This document shows positions 1 to 10,355 of a DNA stretch of 64,000 nucleotides, one piece after another. Made by a program: the position numbers and the translations under genes. Within the stretch, counting starts at the first letter, position 1. Every line of letters starts with the position of its first letter. The DNA is taken from contig CBDHEC010000050.1 of NCBI GenBank assembly GCA_965261975.1, positions 11,107 through 75,106 on the forward strand. The letters are read 5' to 3'. Source of the DNA: Alphaproteobacteria bacterium. Its GTDB lineage: Bacteria; Pseudomonadota; Alphaproteobacteria; UBA6615. Below the pieces are notes generated by a model. That model made no database searches. It saw only the letters and a list, made by a program, of their open reading frames with translations, and had not been told where the DNA came from.

Positions 1-1721
1 CGTGATCCGCGCCAGGGACGCATCCGCGGCCGATTCCAGAACATCGCGCTGCGCGATAATTTCATCGCGCGTGCGCTGTGCCCGGCTCATGGTCTGGGCG
101 AACTCCTCTTCGACCGCATTCGAGTGATCGCCGAGCGCATCACGCGCCTCCGTAGCGCTCGCGCTCACCTGCACGGTCGACGCCGACAGCGCCGCGGCGG
201 CATCGCGCAATTCCGCCGACAAACGCTCGGCCTCAACGGAAGCATTCCGCGCTACATTCTCCAGCGCGCCGGCCTCGCTCCGGAAGGCATCACCCAGTGT
301 ACGGCCCTTTTCGTCCGCACTCGCGCCCGCCGCCGTCAGATCGTCGGCAAAACCGTGCAGGCGTTCACTCGCGGCATCCACCTGCTCGATGCTGGTGCGC
401 GCGATACCGGCAAACGCGTCGGCCTGCGCGCGCAAATCAGCCGTCATGCTCTCGGTCTGCTGCTGGATTGTCGCGACACTCGCCCCCAGCGCCTGTGCCG
501 TCTGGGCCATCTCCGATGCCGCCGCCTCGGTCATCTCACGGGCCTGCGCGCCTGCATTCTGCGTTACTTGCGCCATCTGGTCGGCCATCGCCGATACCAC
601 CCGGTCCAGCGCGACCCCTGCCTGATCCATCTGGCCGGACATTTCCTGCATCAACCGGTCCGCATGACCAGCGGCATCTTCCGACATCGCGGCCAGCCTG
701 TCCGACGCACGTGCGATCGCCGCCTCGAACGCAGCACCCGCATCGGCGGCGCGCTGCTCCATGTCCTCGCCCAGGGCACGGCTCCGGCTCAACGCGTCAT
801 CGGACGCCTGCTCAATGACACCCGCGGCCTGATTGCCCGCATCGCTGATCGCGACGCTCGCATCGCCGGCCTGCTTGGTGACCGCATCGACCGCCTCCTG
901 GGTCCGATCGAGCACCTGCTCCGTGACTGCGCGTATTTCGCCCGCGGCCGCATCCCCTGCTCCGGCAACACGGCCAACCGTGTTGGAAACGGCATCCTGA
1001 AAGCCGGCTTCGATGGCTTCGATCTGATCCCCCAGCGTGGCGACCAGCTCGCGCACCACATCTGCCGCGCGACGCGACGCATCGTCGATCACCTCGGCCT
1101 CGCCGCGGCCGAGTTCACGGATTTCTTCCAGACTGGCGTTAACCTGCGCGGTCATCTGCGCCAACTGCGCGGCCTGATCGCCGGCCGTCTCGTTGGTTTT
1201 CACCATCAACCCACGAAGCGCTGACGCGATGGCCTCCAGCTCGGCCGCCTCGCGCCCGAACCCGCCGCGCAATTCCTGCAGATGCGCGCGCGCATCGTTG
1301 ACGGATTCCTCCAGCGCCTGCCCATAAAGAACCAGCATTTCGCCGAGCTCGGAGAGCTCCGAATTGGCATGTGTGAAGGGCGCCTCGAGCCGGGCCACCT
1401 GACCCTCAAGCGCAGTCAGCATGTCGCCCAGTCGCTGGCGCCGTGATGTCAGGGACGCCAGGGCAAACAGGATGGCCGGCGGCACCAGCAATCCGGCCAC
1501 ACGCCGCCGATCTCATGGGGCAAAAGTTGCGGGACCAGCGACCAGCCGACGCTGCGCGCAACAAATATGATGAAGAACAACAACCAGGCGATGCCGGAAA
1601 GGGACAACAGCCATCCGGCGTAGTTCAGACGCCGACGTCGTCTGGGCGGGCCCGCATCCGCCTCCTCGTCGGTCCGGTACACGTCCTCTTCGTCTTGCCA
1701 CTCTTCCTGGGTATCTGACAT
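1..1721 (-). CDS. Large membrane-anchored coiled-coil protein (TipN/GPR/apolipoprotein-repeat-like), 3' end outside window, frameshift near 1497
   Basis: ATG at 1721 overlaps the mutase stop (TGATG). It reads MSDTQEEW, an acidic leader, then a TM segment (LNYAGWLLSLSGIAWLLFFIIFV). After a one-base slip at HEIGGV the frame continues AGLLVPPAILFALASL (second TM) into an Ala/Glu/Gln/Arg-rich helical sequence that appears to run to the window edge. Confidence 0.65.
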
Positions 1722-3877
1722 CAGGCCGCTTCGCGCCGGCGCGCCCGGACCATCTCGAGGACCTCCCGCGCGGCAGCCGGAATGTTTGTGCCCGGCCCAT
1801 AGATCGCCGAGACGCCGTTGGCACTCAGGAATTCGTAATCCTTCGCCGGAATGACACCACCGCAAATCACAACGACGTCTTCTGCATGCGCCGCCTTCAA
1901 CGCCGCGACCAGCTGCGGCACCAGGGTCTTGTGCCCCGCCGCCTGGGTCGAAACGCCGACGATATGCACATCGTTCTCGACGGCCTGCTGCGCGGCCTCT
2001 TCAGGGGTTGCGAACAGCGGCCCGACATCCACATCGAAGCCAAGATCCGCAAAAGCCGTCGCGATCACCTTGGCGCCCCGGTCATGCCCGTCCTGGCCGA
2101 GCTTGACGACCAGCATGCGAGGCCGCCGGCCTTCTTCCTCGGCAAACGTCGCGACATCGGCGAGGACCTCGCCAAAGCCCTCGTCACCCTCATAGGCCGC
2201 GGCATAGACGCCGGAAATCGATTTCACGGTCGCCCTGTGTCGGCCAAAGGCCGCTTCCATCGCATCCGACATCTCTCCCACAGTGGCTCGCGCCCGCGCA
2301 GCATCGACACAGGCCGCAAGCAGATTGCCGTCTCCAGATTGCGCGATTCGCGTGATCGCATCGAGTGTCGCCTTGCAACCGGCCGCATCCCGGCCTTCGC
2401 GCACGGTCTTGAGGCGGGCGATCTGTGCTTCCCGCACCCGACTATTGTCGATGTCGAGGACATCGATCTCTTCGGCCGTATCCGGCTGATAGCGATTCAC
2501 GCCAACGATCACATCGTCACCCCGGTCGATCCGCGCCTGACGGCGCGCCGCCGCTTCTTCGATACGCAGTTTCGGCATGCCGGATTCGACGGCCTTCGTC
2601 ATCCCGCCAAGCTCTTCGACTTCATCGATCAGCTTGCGCGCCTCGACAACGAGGGCGTGGGTCAGGCTCTCCACATAATAGGAGCCGGCCATGGGATCGA
2701 CGACCTGGGTAATGCCCGCCTCATGCTGCAAAATCAGCTGGGTATTGCGGGCCACCCGCGAGGACGCGGGCGTCGGCAGCGCGACCGCCTCGTCGAAGGA
2801 ATTGGTGTGCAGCGACTGGGTGCCGCCCAGGGTCGCAGCCAGCGCCTCGATCGTGGTGCGCACGACATTGTTGTAGGGATCCTGTTCGGTCAGGGAAACG
2901 CCGGACGTCTGGCAATGGGTGCGCAGCATCAGCGAACGTTCATCCTGGGCATCGAACAGGTCGCGCATGGCGTGGGACCACAGATAGCGGGCGGCGCGCA
3001 GCTTGGCGATCTCCATGAAGAAGTTCATGCCGATGCCGAAGAAAAACGACAGACGCGGCGCAAACCGGTCCACATCCAGGCCGGTCGCGCTGGCGACGCG
3101 TACATATTCGATCCCGTCGGCGAGCGTAAAGGCGAGCTCCTGGACCGCCGTCGCCCCGGCTTCCTGCATGTGATAGCCGGAGATCGAGATGGAGTTGTAC
3201 CGCGGCATGTACTCGGCGGTGTAGGCGATGATGTCGGCGACGATCCGCATCGATGGGGTCGGCGGATAGATATAGGTGTTGCGGACCATGAACTCCTTGA
3301 GGATGTCGTTCTGGATGGTCCCCGAAAGTTTCTCCGGCCCGACGCCCTGTTCTTCGGCGGCCACGATATAGCTGGCCAGCACCGGCAACACAGCGCCGTT
3401 CATGGTCATCGACACGCTCATCTCATCGAGAGGAATGCCGTCGAAAAGGATCTTCATGTCCTCGACGCTGTCGATCGCGACCCCGGCCTTGCCGACATCA
3501 CCCACGACGCGCGGATGGTCGCTGTCATAGCCACGATGGGTCGCCAGATCGAAGGCCACCGAAAGGCCACGCTGACCGCCCTCGAGCGCCTTGCGATAGA
3601 ATGCGTTCGATTCTTCAGCCGTGGAGAAGCCGGCATACTGGCGCACCGTCCATGGGCGCCCGGCATACATCGTCGCCTTGGGGCCACCGACGAACGGCGC
3701 GAAGCCGGGCATGCTGTCCAGCCACGCGATATCCTCGAGGTCGGCCGCCGAATAGACCGGCTTGATCGCGATTCCCTCGGGGGTCTCGCCGATCAGGTCT
3801 TCGGGTTCGCGGCCGCGCAGTTCCTCGGCGGCACGGGCCGTCCAGTCACCAAGCGTATGTTTCGGGAATTCGGCTAT
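1721..3877 (-). CDS. scpA: Methylmalonyl-CoA mutase (adenosylcobalamin-dependent)
   Basis: [28 protein letters not shown], and the B12 motif GQDGHDRG. The frame extends upstream of the listed ORF (3712) through [11 protein letters not shown] to ATA-GCC-GAA-TTC at 3877, giving 718 aa. Confidence 0.95.
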   Translation of the reverse strand: MAEFPKHTLGDWTARAAEELRGREPEDLIGETPEGIAIKPVYSAADLEDIAWLDSMPGFAPFVGGPKATMYAGRPWTVRQYAGFSTAEESNAFYRKALEGGQRGLSVAFDLATHRGYDSDHPRVVGDVGKAGVAIDSVEDMKILFDGIPLDEMSVSMTMNGAVLPVLASYIVAAEEQGVGPEKLSGTIQNDILKEFMVRNTYIYPPTPSMRIVADIIAYTAEYMPRYNSISISGYHMQEAGATAVQELAFTLADGIEYVRVASATGLDVDRFAPRLSFFFGIGMNFFMEIAKLRAARYLWSHAMRDLFDAQDERSLMLRTHCQTSGVSLTEQDPYNNVVRTTIEALAATLGGTQSLHTNSFDEAVALPTPASSRVARNTQLILQHEAGITQVVDPMAGSYYVESLTHALVVEARKLIDEVEELGGMTKAVESGMPKLRIEEAAARRQARIDRGDDVIVGVNRYQPDTAEEIDVLDIDNSRVREAQIARLKTVREGRDAAGCKATLDAITRIAQSGDGNLLAACVDAARARATVGEMSDAMEAAFGRHRATVKSISGVYAAAYEGDEGFGEVLADVATFAEEEGRRPRMLVVKLGQDGHDRGAKVIATAFADLGFDVDVGPLFATPEEAAQQAVENDVHIVGVSTQAAGHKTLVPQLVAALKAAHAEDVVVICGGVIPAKDYEFLSANGVSAIYGPGTNIPAAAREVLEMVRARRREAA

Positions 3878-3940
3878 TTTTTCGGCTCTTTGTGCAAATC
3901 CACAGTGGCCGGAAAGTATAGTGCTTGGCCGAGGGCCGGT

Positions 3941-5771
3941 CTATTGATCGCCGGGCGCTTGCTTGTGCATGGCTTCATCGATGCGCAGAAAGCCGACACG
4001 AGCATCGAATCCCCGTAATTCCGCCGATTCTTCGCTGACGCTCCGCTTCGCCAACAACCTGGCGACGGCCGGATCCTCGGCCATGCTCTTCGACACGATG
4101 ATGTCGCCGCCCCGGCTTTGTCCCTGAAGCCGGGCTGTCATGTTCACCGTGCTTCCGAAATAGTCGAGCCTGTCGTTTAACGTGACGGCGATGCAGGCAC
4201 CCTCATGGATACCCACCTTGATCGCCACCAGCCGTCGATGCGTGATCGCGATTGAAATCCGACACGGCCTGCTGGATTTCCAGCGCCGCCGCGAGCGCCT
4301 GCTCCGGTTCGACAAACGCCGCCATCACCGCGTCACCGATTGTCTTCACAACTGCGCCGTCATGCTCGCGCACGATGCCTGTGAGGAAAGCGAAATGATC
4401 GCGCACCAGGCCATAGGCACGGGCATCACCGATCTCTTCATACAGCGCGGTCGATCCGCGCAGATCGGTAAACATCAACGTCACCCGCTGGATCGCGACC
4501 TCGTCACCGGGCCGGAGCAGCTGATCGGAGAACAAATCTCGAAATGCCTGCATCGCGGTCACCCGGTCCGCCGTCAGGGCGTCGCGCTCCCAGGCGCGCT
4601 CCTCGATGACAAAGTTGCGATCATGCGTCGCCCCATTCACCAGGCGCAGTTTTCCGGGCGCCGCGGGCGCACCAACATCGAGGTTTTCGCCATTGATTTG
4701 CACTTCGGGAAACCCGCCGCCCTCATAGTCGAAATCCGCCTCGGGGCCGGCCTCGAGGGTCCGCACCAGGTAATGCCCGTCCGCAAAGGAGACATCGAGC
4801 TCCCGCGTGGCACCTGCGGCGACACAAACCTGCGCGACGATATGGGGCGTACTCATCGGCCCGAACAGACAATATTCACCGAACGAAACGGGGCGTATGC
4901 CGGCGGCCGGCTGAAAGCTCAATTCCACATTGCGTGAGAAATCACGGTCATAGTCGATGTTGCAGGTGCCGCAATGAGCACCTGTCGGCATCTCGTCGAG
5001 ACCCGAAGAGACCGACTTCGCAACCCGGCAACGCGGGCACAGAATGTCCCAACGCAGATCCAGCAAACCGGCTCGGGTCGCCTCGAGGCATACCTCGATC
5101 GCGTCTCGCGGTCGCACGCCCCATCGCCGCGCCATCGCCAGCGGCCGAATTTTAACGACATCGACCTCCTGTCCCGTGGTCGCATGGTTTGCCAGTTTTT
5201 CGGCGAGGCCGTGGGCGTGCGACGTCGCGTTGATCGCCTCGACGGCGCGCGCGATGCGCTGTTTGCCGGCATCGTCAAACTCAGGCGGCGTCGCATCAAA
5301 GGGCGTATCGCGCTCGCCCCTGACAAATTCGGCCGTCGAACCGACCAGCGCCGCGAACGTTTTGTCGACCGATTTAAAGAACACGGTGCGCAGCGCCAGT
5401 TCGCACAACAAATTCGCGGCCTCGGCTTCGAGCACATAAAGAACGCGGCTTTTTGAATCCTCGCGACCCGTCGGTTCGATTTTGAGGGTCGCAAAGAGTG
5501 TCTTCAGGGGCCCCCTGGTAAAGTAGCGGCGATGCTCAAACCATTTGTTGGCAACCCAGTTCACCGGCTCCTCGCGCCAGGCAAGCGTGAATGGCCCTTG
5601 CTTTGCCACGGCGGTGAAAAGCACCGATCCGTCTTCCTGGGGTGTTTCTGTGATGTCGTGTTTCGGCAGACCCGCCGCCTCGTTGAACCGGGCTGTGTCA
5701 GACAGGATCGGCCAGACTTCCGCCGGCGGCGCATCGAAGGACCAGACCCATTCGTGACGATGCACCCGCAT
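3941..5771 (-). CDS. Class III adenylate cyclase with N-terminal SRPBCC-like and DUF5939-like domains, frameshift near 4230
   Basis: TLMFTDLRGST and VKTIGDAVMA lie in ORF 4203..5795. IKVGIHEG and RLDYFGSTVNMTARLQG lie in the shifted frame 3941..4315. CPRC...CGTC cluster present. ATG 5771 is preceded by GGGAG. Confidence 0.85.
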
Positions 5772-5785
5772 GGCTTCGCTCCCAT

Positions 5786-5804
5786 GATATATCAATAATA
5801 TATC
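5786..5804. promoter_or_regulatory. AT-rich inverted repeat GATATAT-N5-ATATATC, candidate operator
   Basis: Perfect 7-bp arms just upstream of the cyclase start in an otherwise GC-rich context. Confidence 0.35.
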
Positions 5805-5867
5805 TTTTAATCCCGCTCTAAACCCGCGGGTCTAACGCCCTCTAATAGATCTTACGCTCTCGGACCG

Positions 5868-6743
5868 TTACCAGATCAAACCCGGCATCGCATATCTCGG
5901 CGCCTGCCCAACGTCTTCGAGCAAGGTTGCAAGCCTATCGGGCGCTGGTAAAGCCCCGGGTGGCGCACCGAGCCGCTCTGCGGCAATCCCCCCGACCATG
6001 AACGCGGCATCGATGCCCGCGACGGCGGCACCCGCAATATCGGTCAGGAGGCCGTCGCCGATCATCAGCACGCGCCGACGGTCCGGATCCCCGAGGTGAC
6101 GCAATACCGCGTCAAACACCGGCCGATAGGGTTTGCCGTGCCAGGCCACATCACCGCCGTATCGGGTCTCGTAGGCTTCGGCCATTGCGCCCGCACAAAT
6201 TTCCCGCACCGCGCCGCGCAACACCTCGCGATCAGGGTTGGTGCAAACCATCGGCAGCCCGGCCGCCGCAGCGCGCTCCAACTCGGGAATGTAGTCTTCC
6301 AGCACATGACCCGGCGCGCGCGGGCCGGTACAGATCACGAAATCCGCATCTTCGATTTCGGCCGGTGCATCGATGCCCGGATTGTCGAGCATAGGTCGAT
6401 GACGATCCGGCCCGATAAACGCGGCCCGTCGACCGAGCTTTGCATGCCAGGGGTCCGTGCGATCGCTGATGGCGTGCCACGCGATTTCGCCCGAACAGAA
6501 GATGTCTTCATAGATCGTGTCCGGAATTCCGATCTGTCCCAGGACGTCACGCACGCCGGACACCCGAAACGGCGCATTGGAAAGCAGGACAATCTTGGCT
6601 CCTGCATCACCGAGTTTCTCGAGGCACGCCACCGCGCCCGGTAGCGGCTCGATGCCGTTATGCAGGGTTCCCCACAGATCGACGATCAGGTGATCGTAGC
6701 GGCCCGCGAGGCTTTCAAAACCGGGAAGAAGTTCTGTTTTCAT
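5868..6743 (-). CDS. HAD-superfamily subfamily IIA hydrolase (TIGR01459-like)
   Basis: DLWGTLHNG motif I, LLSNAP, CTNPD, HGKP, MIGDGLLTDIAGA. Confidence 0.9.
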   Translation of the reverse strand: MKTELLPGFESLAGRYDHLIVDLWGTLHNGIEPLPGAVACLEKLGDAGAKIVLLSNAPFRVSGVRDVLGQIGIPDTIYEDIFCSGEIAWHAISDRTDPWHAKLGRRAAFIGPDRHRPMLDNPGIDAPAEIEDADFVICTGPRAPGHVLEDYIPELERAAAAGLPMVCTNPDREVLRGAVREICAGAMAEAYETRYGGDVAWHGKPYRPVFDAVLRHLGDPDRRRVLMIGDGLLTDIAGAAVAGIDAAFMVGGIAAERLGAPPGALPAPDRLATLLEDVGQAPRYAMPGLIW

Positions 6744-6870
6744 GGGACAGGTTCATAGTCACGCGATGAGACAGGCGTATGCCATGCCCTGCAGCGCGAA
6801 GGAAGGGGATGAATTCTGTTGTTTGAACGAAGGCCTTTTCGTGCGCGCGCGGCGCACCCGCCCGCCGGCC

Positions 6871-8109
6871 TCAGTCGCTTCGGCTCAACCGGGGCTCCCC
6901 GAAGAGGTATCCCTGGCCATAGTCGATCTCGAAATCGAGAAGCTCGACCACCTGTCGTTCGTCTTCGATCTTCTCGACGATCAGGTCAAGACCATCGCGA
7001 TCGAGCATCTTCTTGATGTCCTCGCGCGCAATATCGCCAATCAGCTCATCGTTGCTGTCGAGAAGGAACGCCTCATCGACCTTCACGAAGCGGAAATTCT
7101 TCGCCGAGAGGCCATGAATATCGAGGTTGAGATTGGTTACCTGGTCGAGCGAGAACCGGAAGCCCAGATCGGCAAGCCGCGCGAGATTCCCGATCGTCGC
7201 CGGGGGTGCGGTTTCGATATCGCTTTGCCCAAATTCAAAGAACAGCTTCGGTGCGAGGTCCGGATTCTCGGATACGAAGTCCACGAAGTCACCGATGAAG
7301 GCGGTGTCACCGAGGCTTTCGCGGGAAATATTGCAGAAGAATGCGGTGTCGTAGTTGCGTTTCTGGGTGCGCCGGATCAGCTGCACGCAGCGGAACAACA
7401 GCATGTTGTCGATCGCGCTGACGAGACCTTCGCGTTCGGCGACGCCGATATACTGGCCCGGCCCGATCACCGTGCCGTCTTCGCTGCGGATACGCGTGTA
7501 GCACTCGTAGTAGCGGTTCTTGCGCTGCGGCAGGCTGACGATCGGTTGCAGATAGACATCCACACGGTCGAGACGAAGCGCTTCGCGCACGATATCGATG
7601 ACCTCGGGGTCGTCGACTTCGCCGAAATCCTCTTCCGATGGCGCGCTGATGGCCTTGCCACCCTCGACGGCGACCAGTTTCGGCCGCTCGGAGAGCTGCG
7701 CCTCACCGGCCACCAGGGCGTTCGCCTCCTGCTTGCGCGAGAACACCTCGATCAGACCCTGCAGAACCTTAACCTCGGCGATCACTTCGGATACGCGCTG
7801 CTCGCCAGCCCGGCCCGCCTGATCGACGGTCTGGCGCATTTGCAGCGCCTGGGTCTGGGTGCTGAGCAAATCCTCGGCGATTTCGCGCGTCTGGCGGCGA
7901 ACGACCGTCAATTCCTGCATGAGCCGGCGGTTACGATCCGACTGGGCGAACATGACATGCGCCATCGCGCAGGCGAGGAACACCATTCCCGCGGCCAGCG
8001 GCGCAACATCCCCCGACAACGCCGGCACGAAAGTCGGGGCGACCAGCGCCACGGCCGTTGCAAGCACGAAATAGGACGCGATGATTATGATATGCAGAAT
8101 CAGTGACAT
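6871..8109 (-). CDS. TipF-like degenerate EAL-domain membrane protein
   Basis: Two N-terminal TM segments, a coiled coil, then an EAL domain (YLQPIVSLPQRK..YECYTRIR, FSLDQV, LIVEKIEDE, GQGYLFGEP) with degenerate EAL and DDFGTG motifs. Confidence 0.8.
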   Translation of the reverse strand: MSLILHIIIIASYFVLATAVALVAPTFVPALSGDVAPLAAGMVFLACAMAHVMFAQSDRNRRLMQELTVVRRQTREIAEDLLSTQTQALQMRQTVDQAGRAGEQRVSEVIAEVKVLQGLIEVFSRKQEANALVAGEAQLSERPKLVAVEGGKAISAPSEEDFGEVDDPEVIDIVREALRLDRVDVYLQPIVSLPQRKNRYYECYTRIRSEDGTVIGPGQYIGVAEREGLVSAIDNMLLFRCVQLIRRTQKRNYDTAFFCNISRESLGDTAFIGDFVDFVSENPDLAPKLFFEFGQSDIETAPPATIGNLARLADLGFRFSLDQVTNLNLDIHGLSAKNFRFVKVDEAFLLDSNDELIGDIAREDIKKMLDRDGLDLIVEKIEDERQVVELLDFEIDYGQGYLFGEPRLSRSD

Positions 8110-8146
8110 AGCTTCGAGGCGAAGATTGACGCCGAAGCCTTGCGAT

Positions 8147-8164
8147 ATGGTTAACGCGAGTTAA
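8147..8164 (-). promoter_or_regulatory. Candidate CtrA-type site (TTAA-N6-TTAACCAT)
   Basis: Minus strand reads TTAACTCGCGTTAACCAT about 40 bp upstream of the TipF-like ATG. The spacer is one base shorter than the canonical N7. Confidence 0.45.
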
Positions 8165-8177
8165 GCCTGTTGCGACG

Positions 8178-9356
8178 CTATTCTTCCCGTTCGGCCGGGA
8201 GGGTCTGTTCGACCAGGTTCGACCAGTAGGTCACGCCGATCGGGATGATCTCGTCGTTGAAGTCGTAGCCGGGATTGTGGAGCATGCAGCCGCCCGCGGC
8301 GGCGCCGTTTCCGACCCACACATAACTGCCCGGCTTCTCGCGCAACATGTAGGCGAAGTCCTCCGACCCCATGCTCGGCACCGGGCTCTGATCGATCTTC
8401 GCCTCATCTACGATGGACGCCGCCGCGGCCATGGCATGTTCGGTTTCCTCGACGCTGTTGACCGTGGCCGGATAGCGCCGCTCGTAACGCAGCTCCGCGG
8501 TGCCGCCGAAGGCCGCGCAGACGCCATCGGCGATCCGACGCATCGACGGTTCCACGCTGTCTCGAACAGCCTCGCTGAACGAGCGCACCGTGCCGCGCAA
8601 GACAACCTCGTCCGGGATGACGTTGTAGGCGTCGCCGCCATGGATCTGGGTGACCGAGACGACGAGGGAATCGATCGGGTCGATGTTCCGGCTGGTAATG
8701 CTCTGCAGCGCATCCACGACCTTGGACGCCATGACGATACTGTCGATCCCCTGATGGGGCATCGCCGCGTGGCTGCCCTGTCCCTTGATGACCAGATCAA
8801 AAATATCGAACGCGGCCATCATCGGTCCCGATGCAACCGCAAACTCACCCACCGGCATGCCCGGCCAATTGTGCATGCCGTAGATCGACTCCACCGGGAA
8901 CTTCTCGAACAGGCCTTCGTTGACCATTACCTCGGCGCCGCCTTCCGCTTCCTCCGCGGGTTGGAAAACGAAATACACGGTGCCGTCGAACTGCTTCGTC
9001 TCGGCGAGATATTTGGCCGCCCCCAGCAGCATCGTCGTGTGCCCATCATGGCCGCAGCCATGCATTTTCCCCGGCGTCTTCGAGGCATGCGCGAAATCAT
9101 TGCCCTCTTCCATGGGCAACGCGTCCATGTCCGCGCGCAGTGCGATGGCGCGGTTGCCCGTGCCGACCTTCAGCTGGCCGACGACCCCGGTCTTGGCGAG
9201 GCCGCGATGCACCTCGACGCCGAAACTTTCGAGCCGTTCGGCCACGAGGGCGGATGTGCGCTCCTCTTCGAAGGCCAGCTCCGGATGGGCATGGAAATCC
9301 CGCCGCCATTCGGTCAGCAGCTCATGGTCACGGGCAATCTCTTCCTTGATGTTCAT
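8178..9356 (-). CDS. M20D family amidohydrolase (hippurate hydrolase-like)
   Basis: HAHPELAFEE, LRADMDALP, MHGCGHDGHT, FQPAEE, SEDFAYML. AGAGGA RBS before ATG 9356. Confidence 0.93.
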   Translation of the reverse strand: MNIKEEIARDHELLTEWRRDFHAHPELAFEEERTSALVAERLESFGVEVHRGLAKTGVVGQLKVGTGNRAIALRADMDALPMEEGNDFAHASKTPGKMHGCGHDGHTTMLLGAAKYLAETKQFDGTVYFVFQPAEEAEGGAEVMVNEGLFEKFPVESIYGMHNWPGMPVGEFAVASGPMMAAFDIFDLVIKGQGSHAAMPHQGIDSIVMASKVVDALQSITSRNIDPIDSLVVSVTQIHGGDAYNVIPDEVVLRGTVRSFSEAVRDSVEPSMRRIADGVCAAFGGTAELRYERRYPATVNSVEETEHAMAAAASIVDEAKIDQSPVPSMGSEDFAYMLREKPGSYVWVGNGAAAGGCMLHNPGYDFNDEIIPIGVTYWSNLVEQTLPAEREE

Positions 9357-9391
9357 CGGGGTCCTCTTTTCCATCCGTTCCGACTCAGGCC

Positions 9392-10216
9392 TCAAAGTAC
9401 GCGATGCTGCGCGACGGGAATACGTTGCCGCACCTGCGCCAGGTAATCCAGTTCGACGGTCGCGGTCGTGTGCCCGGCGCCTTCACGGGCCTGGGCCAGC
9501 AGATGCCCCCAGGGATCGATGATCATCGAATGCCCCCAGCTTGCGCGTTCTTCATTGCCTTCGTGATAGGTCCCGGTCTGCGCCGCAGCGACGATGAAGG
9601 TTTGGGTTTCGATCGCACGGGCCCGCAACAGGACCTCCCAATGATCCTTGCCCGTCTGGAGCGTAAAGGCGGCCGGCACCATGATAACGTCGGCGCCCGC
9701 TTCGGCCAGGGCGCGGTAGAGCTCCGCAAAACGCAAATCGTAGCAAATGCTGCAGCCGACCGTGATGTCGTCCGCCTTGTAGGTCACGATCTCCCGTCCG
9801 GCGCCGAAGGTGGCCGATTCCCGATACTCCCTGCCATCCGGTGTCGAGACGTCGAATAGGTGAATCTTGCGGTAACGCGCCAATTCCTGGCCCGCGCGGT
9901 CGAAAGCGACCGTCGTGTTGAAGTAATCATCGCCGGCGCGTTCCACAAAACTGCCGCCATGCACGAACACGCCCTGTCCGCGCGCCATATCACGCAAGGT
10001 TTCGTAGGCGGCCCCACCCGGAGCGCCGAGCGACGGCAGTTCCTCTGCTGCCGCCCGCTTTTCGGCGACCGAACTTCCCATGAAGGCGAAGACCTCGGGC
10101 AAAACCAGCATGTCCGGTGCGTCGGCCTCGATCGCATGCGATGCCAGCATGCGCGCCTGTTCCAGGTTGGCCGCCTTGTCGCTGCGCGTGTTCATTTGCA
10201 GGGTCGTGATCTTCAT
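9392..10216 (-). CDS. Carbon-nitrogen hydrolase family protein (Nit1/deaminated glutathione amidase-like)
   Basis: Catalytic triad motifs LPE, YRKIHLFD, ICYDLRF; HWEVLLRARAIE; GHSMIIDPWG. Confidence 0.92.
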   Translation of the reverse strand: MKITTLQMNTRSDKAANLEQARMLASHAIEADAPDMLVLPEVFAFMGSSVAEKRAAAEELPSLGAPGGAAYETLRDMARGQGVFVHGGSFVERAGDDYFNTTVAFDRAGQELARYRKIHLFDVSTPDGREYRESATFGAGREIVTYKADDITVGCSICYDLRFAELYRALAEAGADVIMVPAAFTLQTGKDHWEVLLRARAIETQTFIVAAAQTGTYHEGNEERASWGHSMIIDPWGHLLAQAREGAGHTTATVELDYLAQVRQRIPVAQHRVL

Positions 10217-10355
10217 ATTCCCATGCTAGCGCAGCGCAATATGCCTGTCTTGCGATCCACAAATTCACGCAAAGGGCGCACAGCGGCGTTGGCCTCGACC
10301 GAAAAGTCGGCTAGCTAGGACACGCAACCCCATTCGCGTTCGAGGGAGATTCAGT

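Noticed and set aside
124-1224. 366-aa plus-strand ORF
   Set aside because: Arg/His-rich antisense shadow of the minus-strand coiled-coil gene, which is missing from the track because it has no stop in the window.
1886-4018. 710-aa plus-strand ORF, and similar long antisense ORFs (8277..9446, 11717..13117, 17916..19673, 31787..33859, 36991..38616, 61607..62995)
   Set aside because: Antisense shadows of well-supported genes, expected in high-GC DNA; no recognisable motifs.
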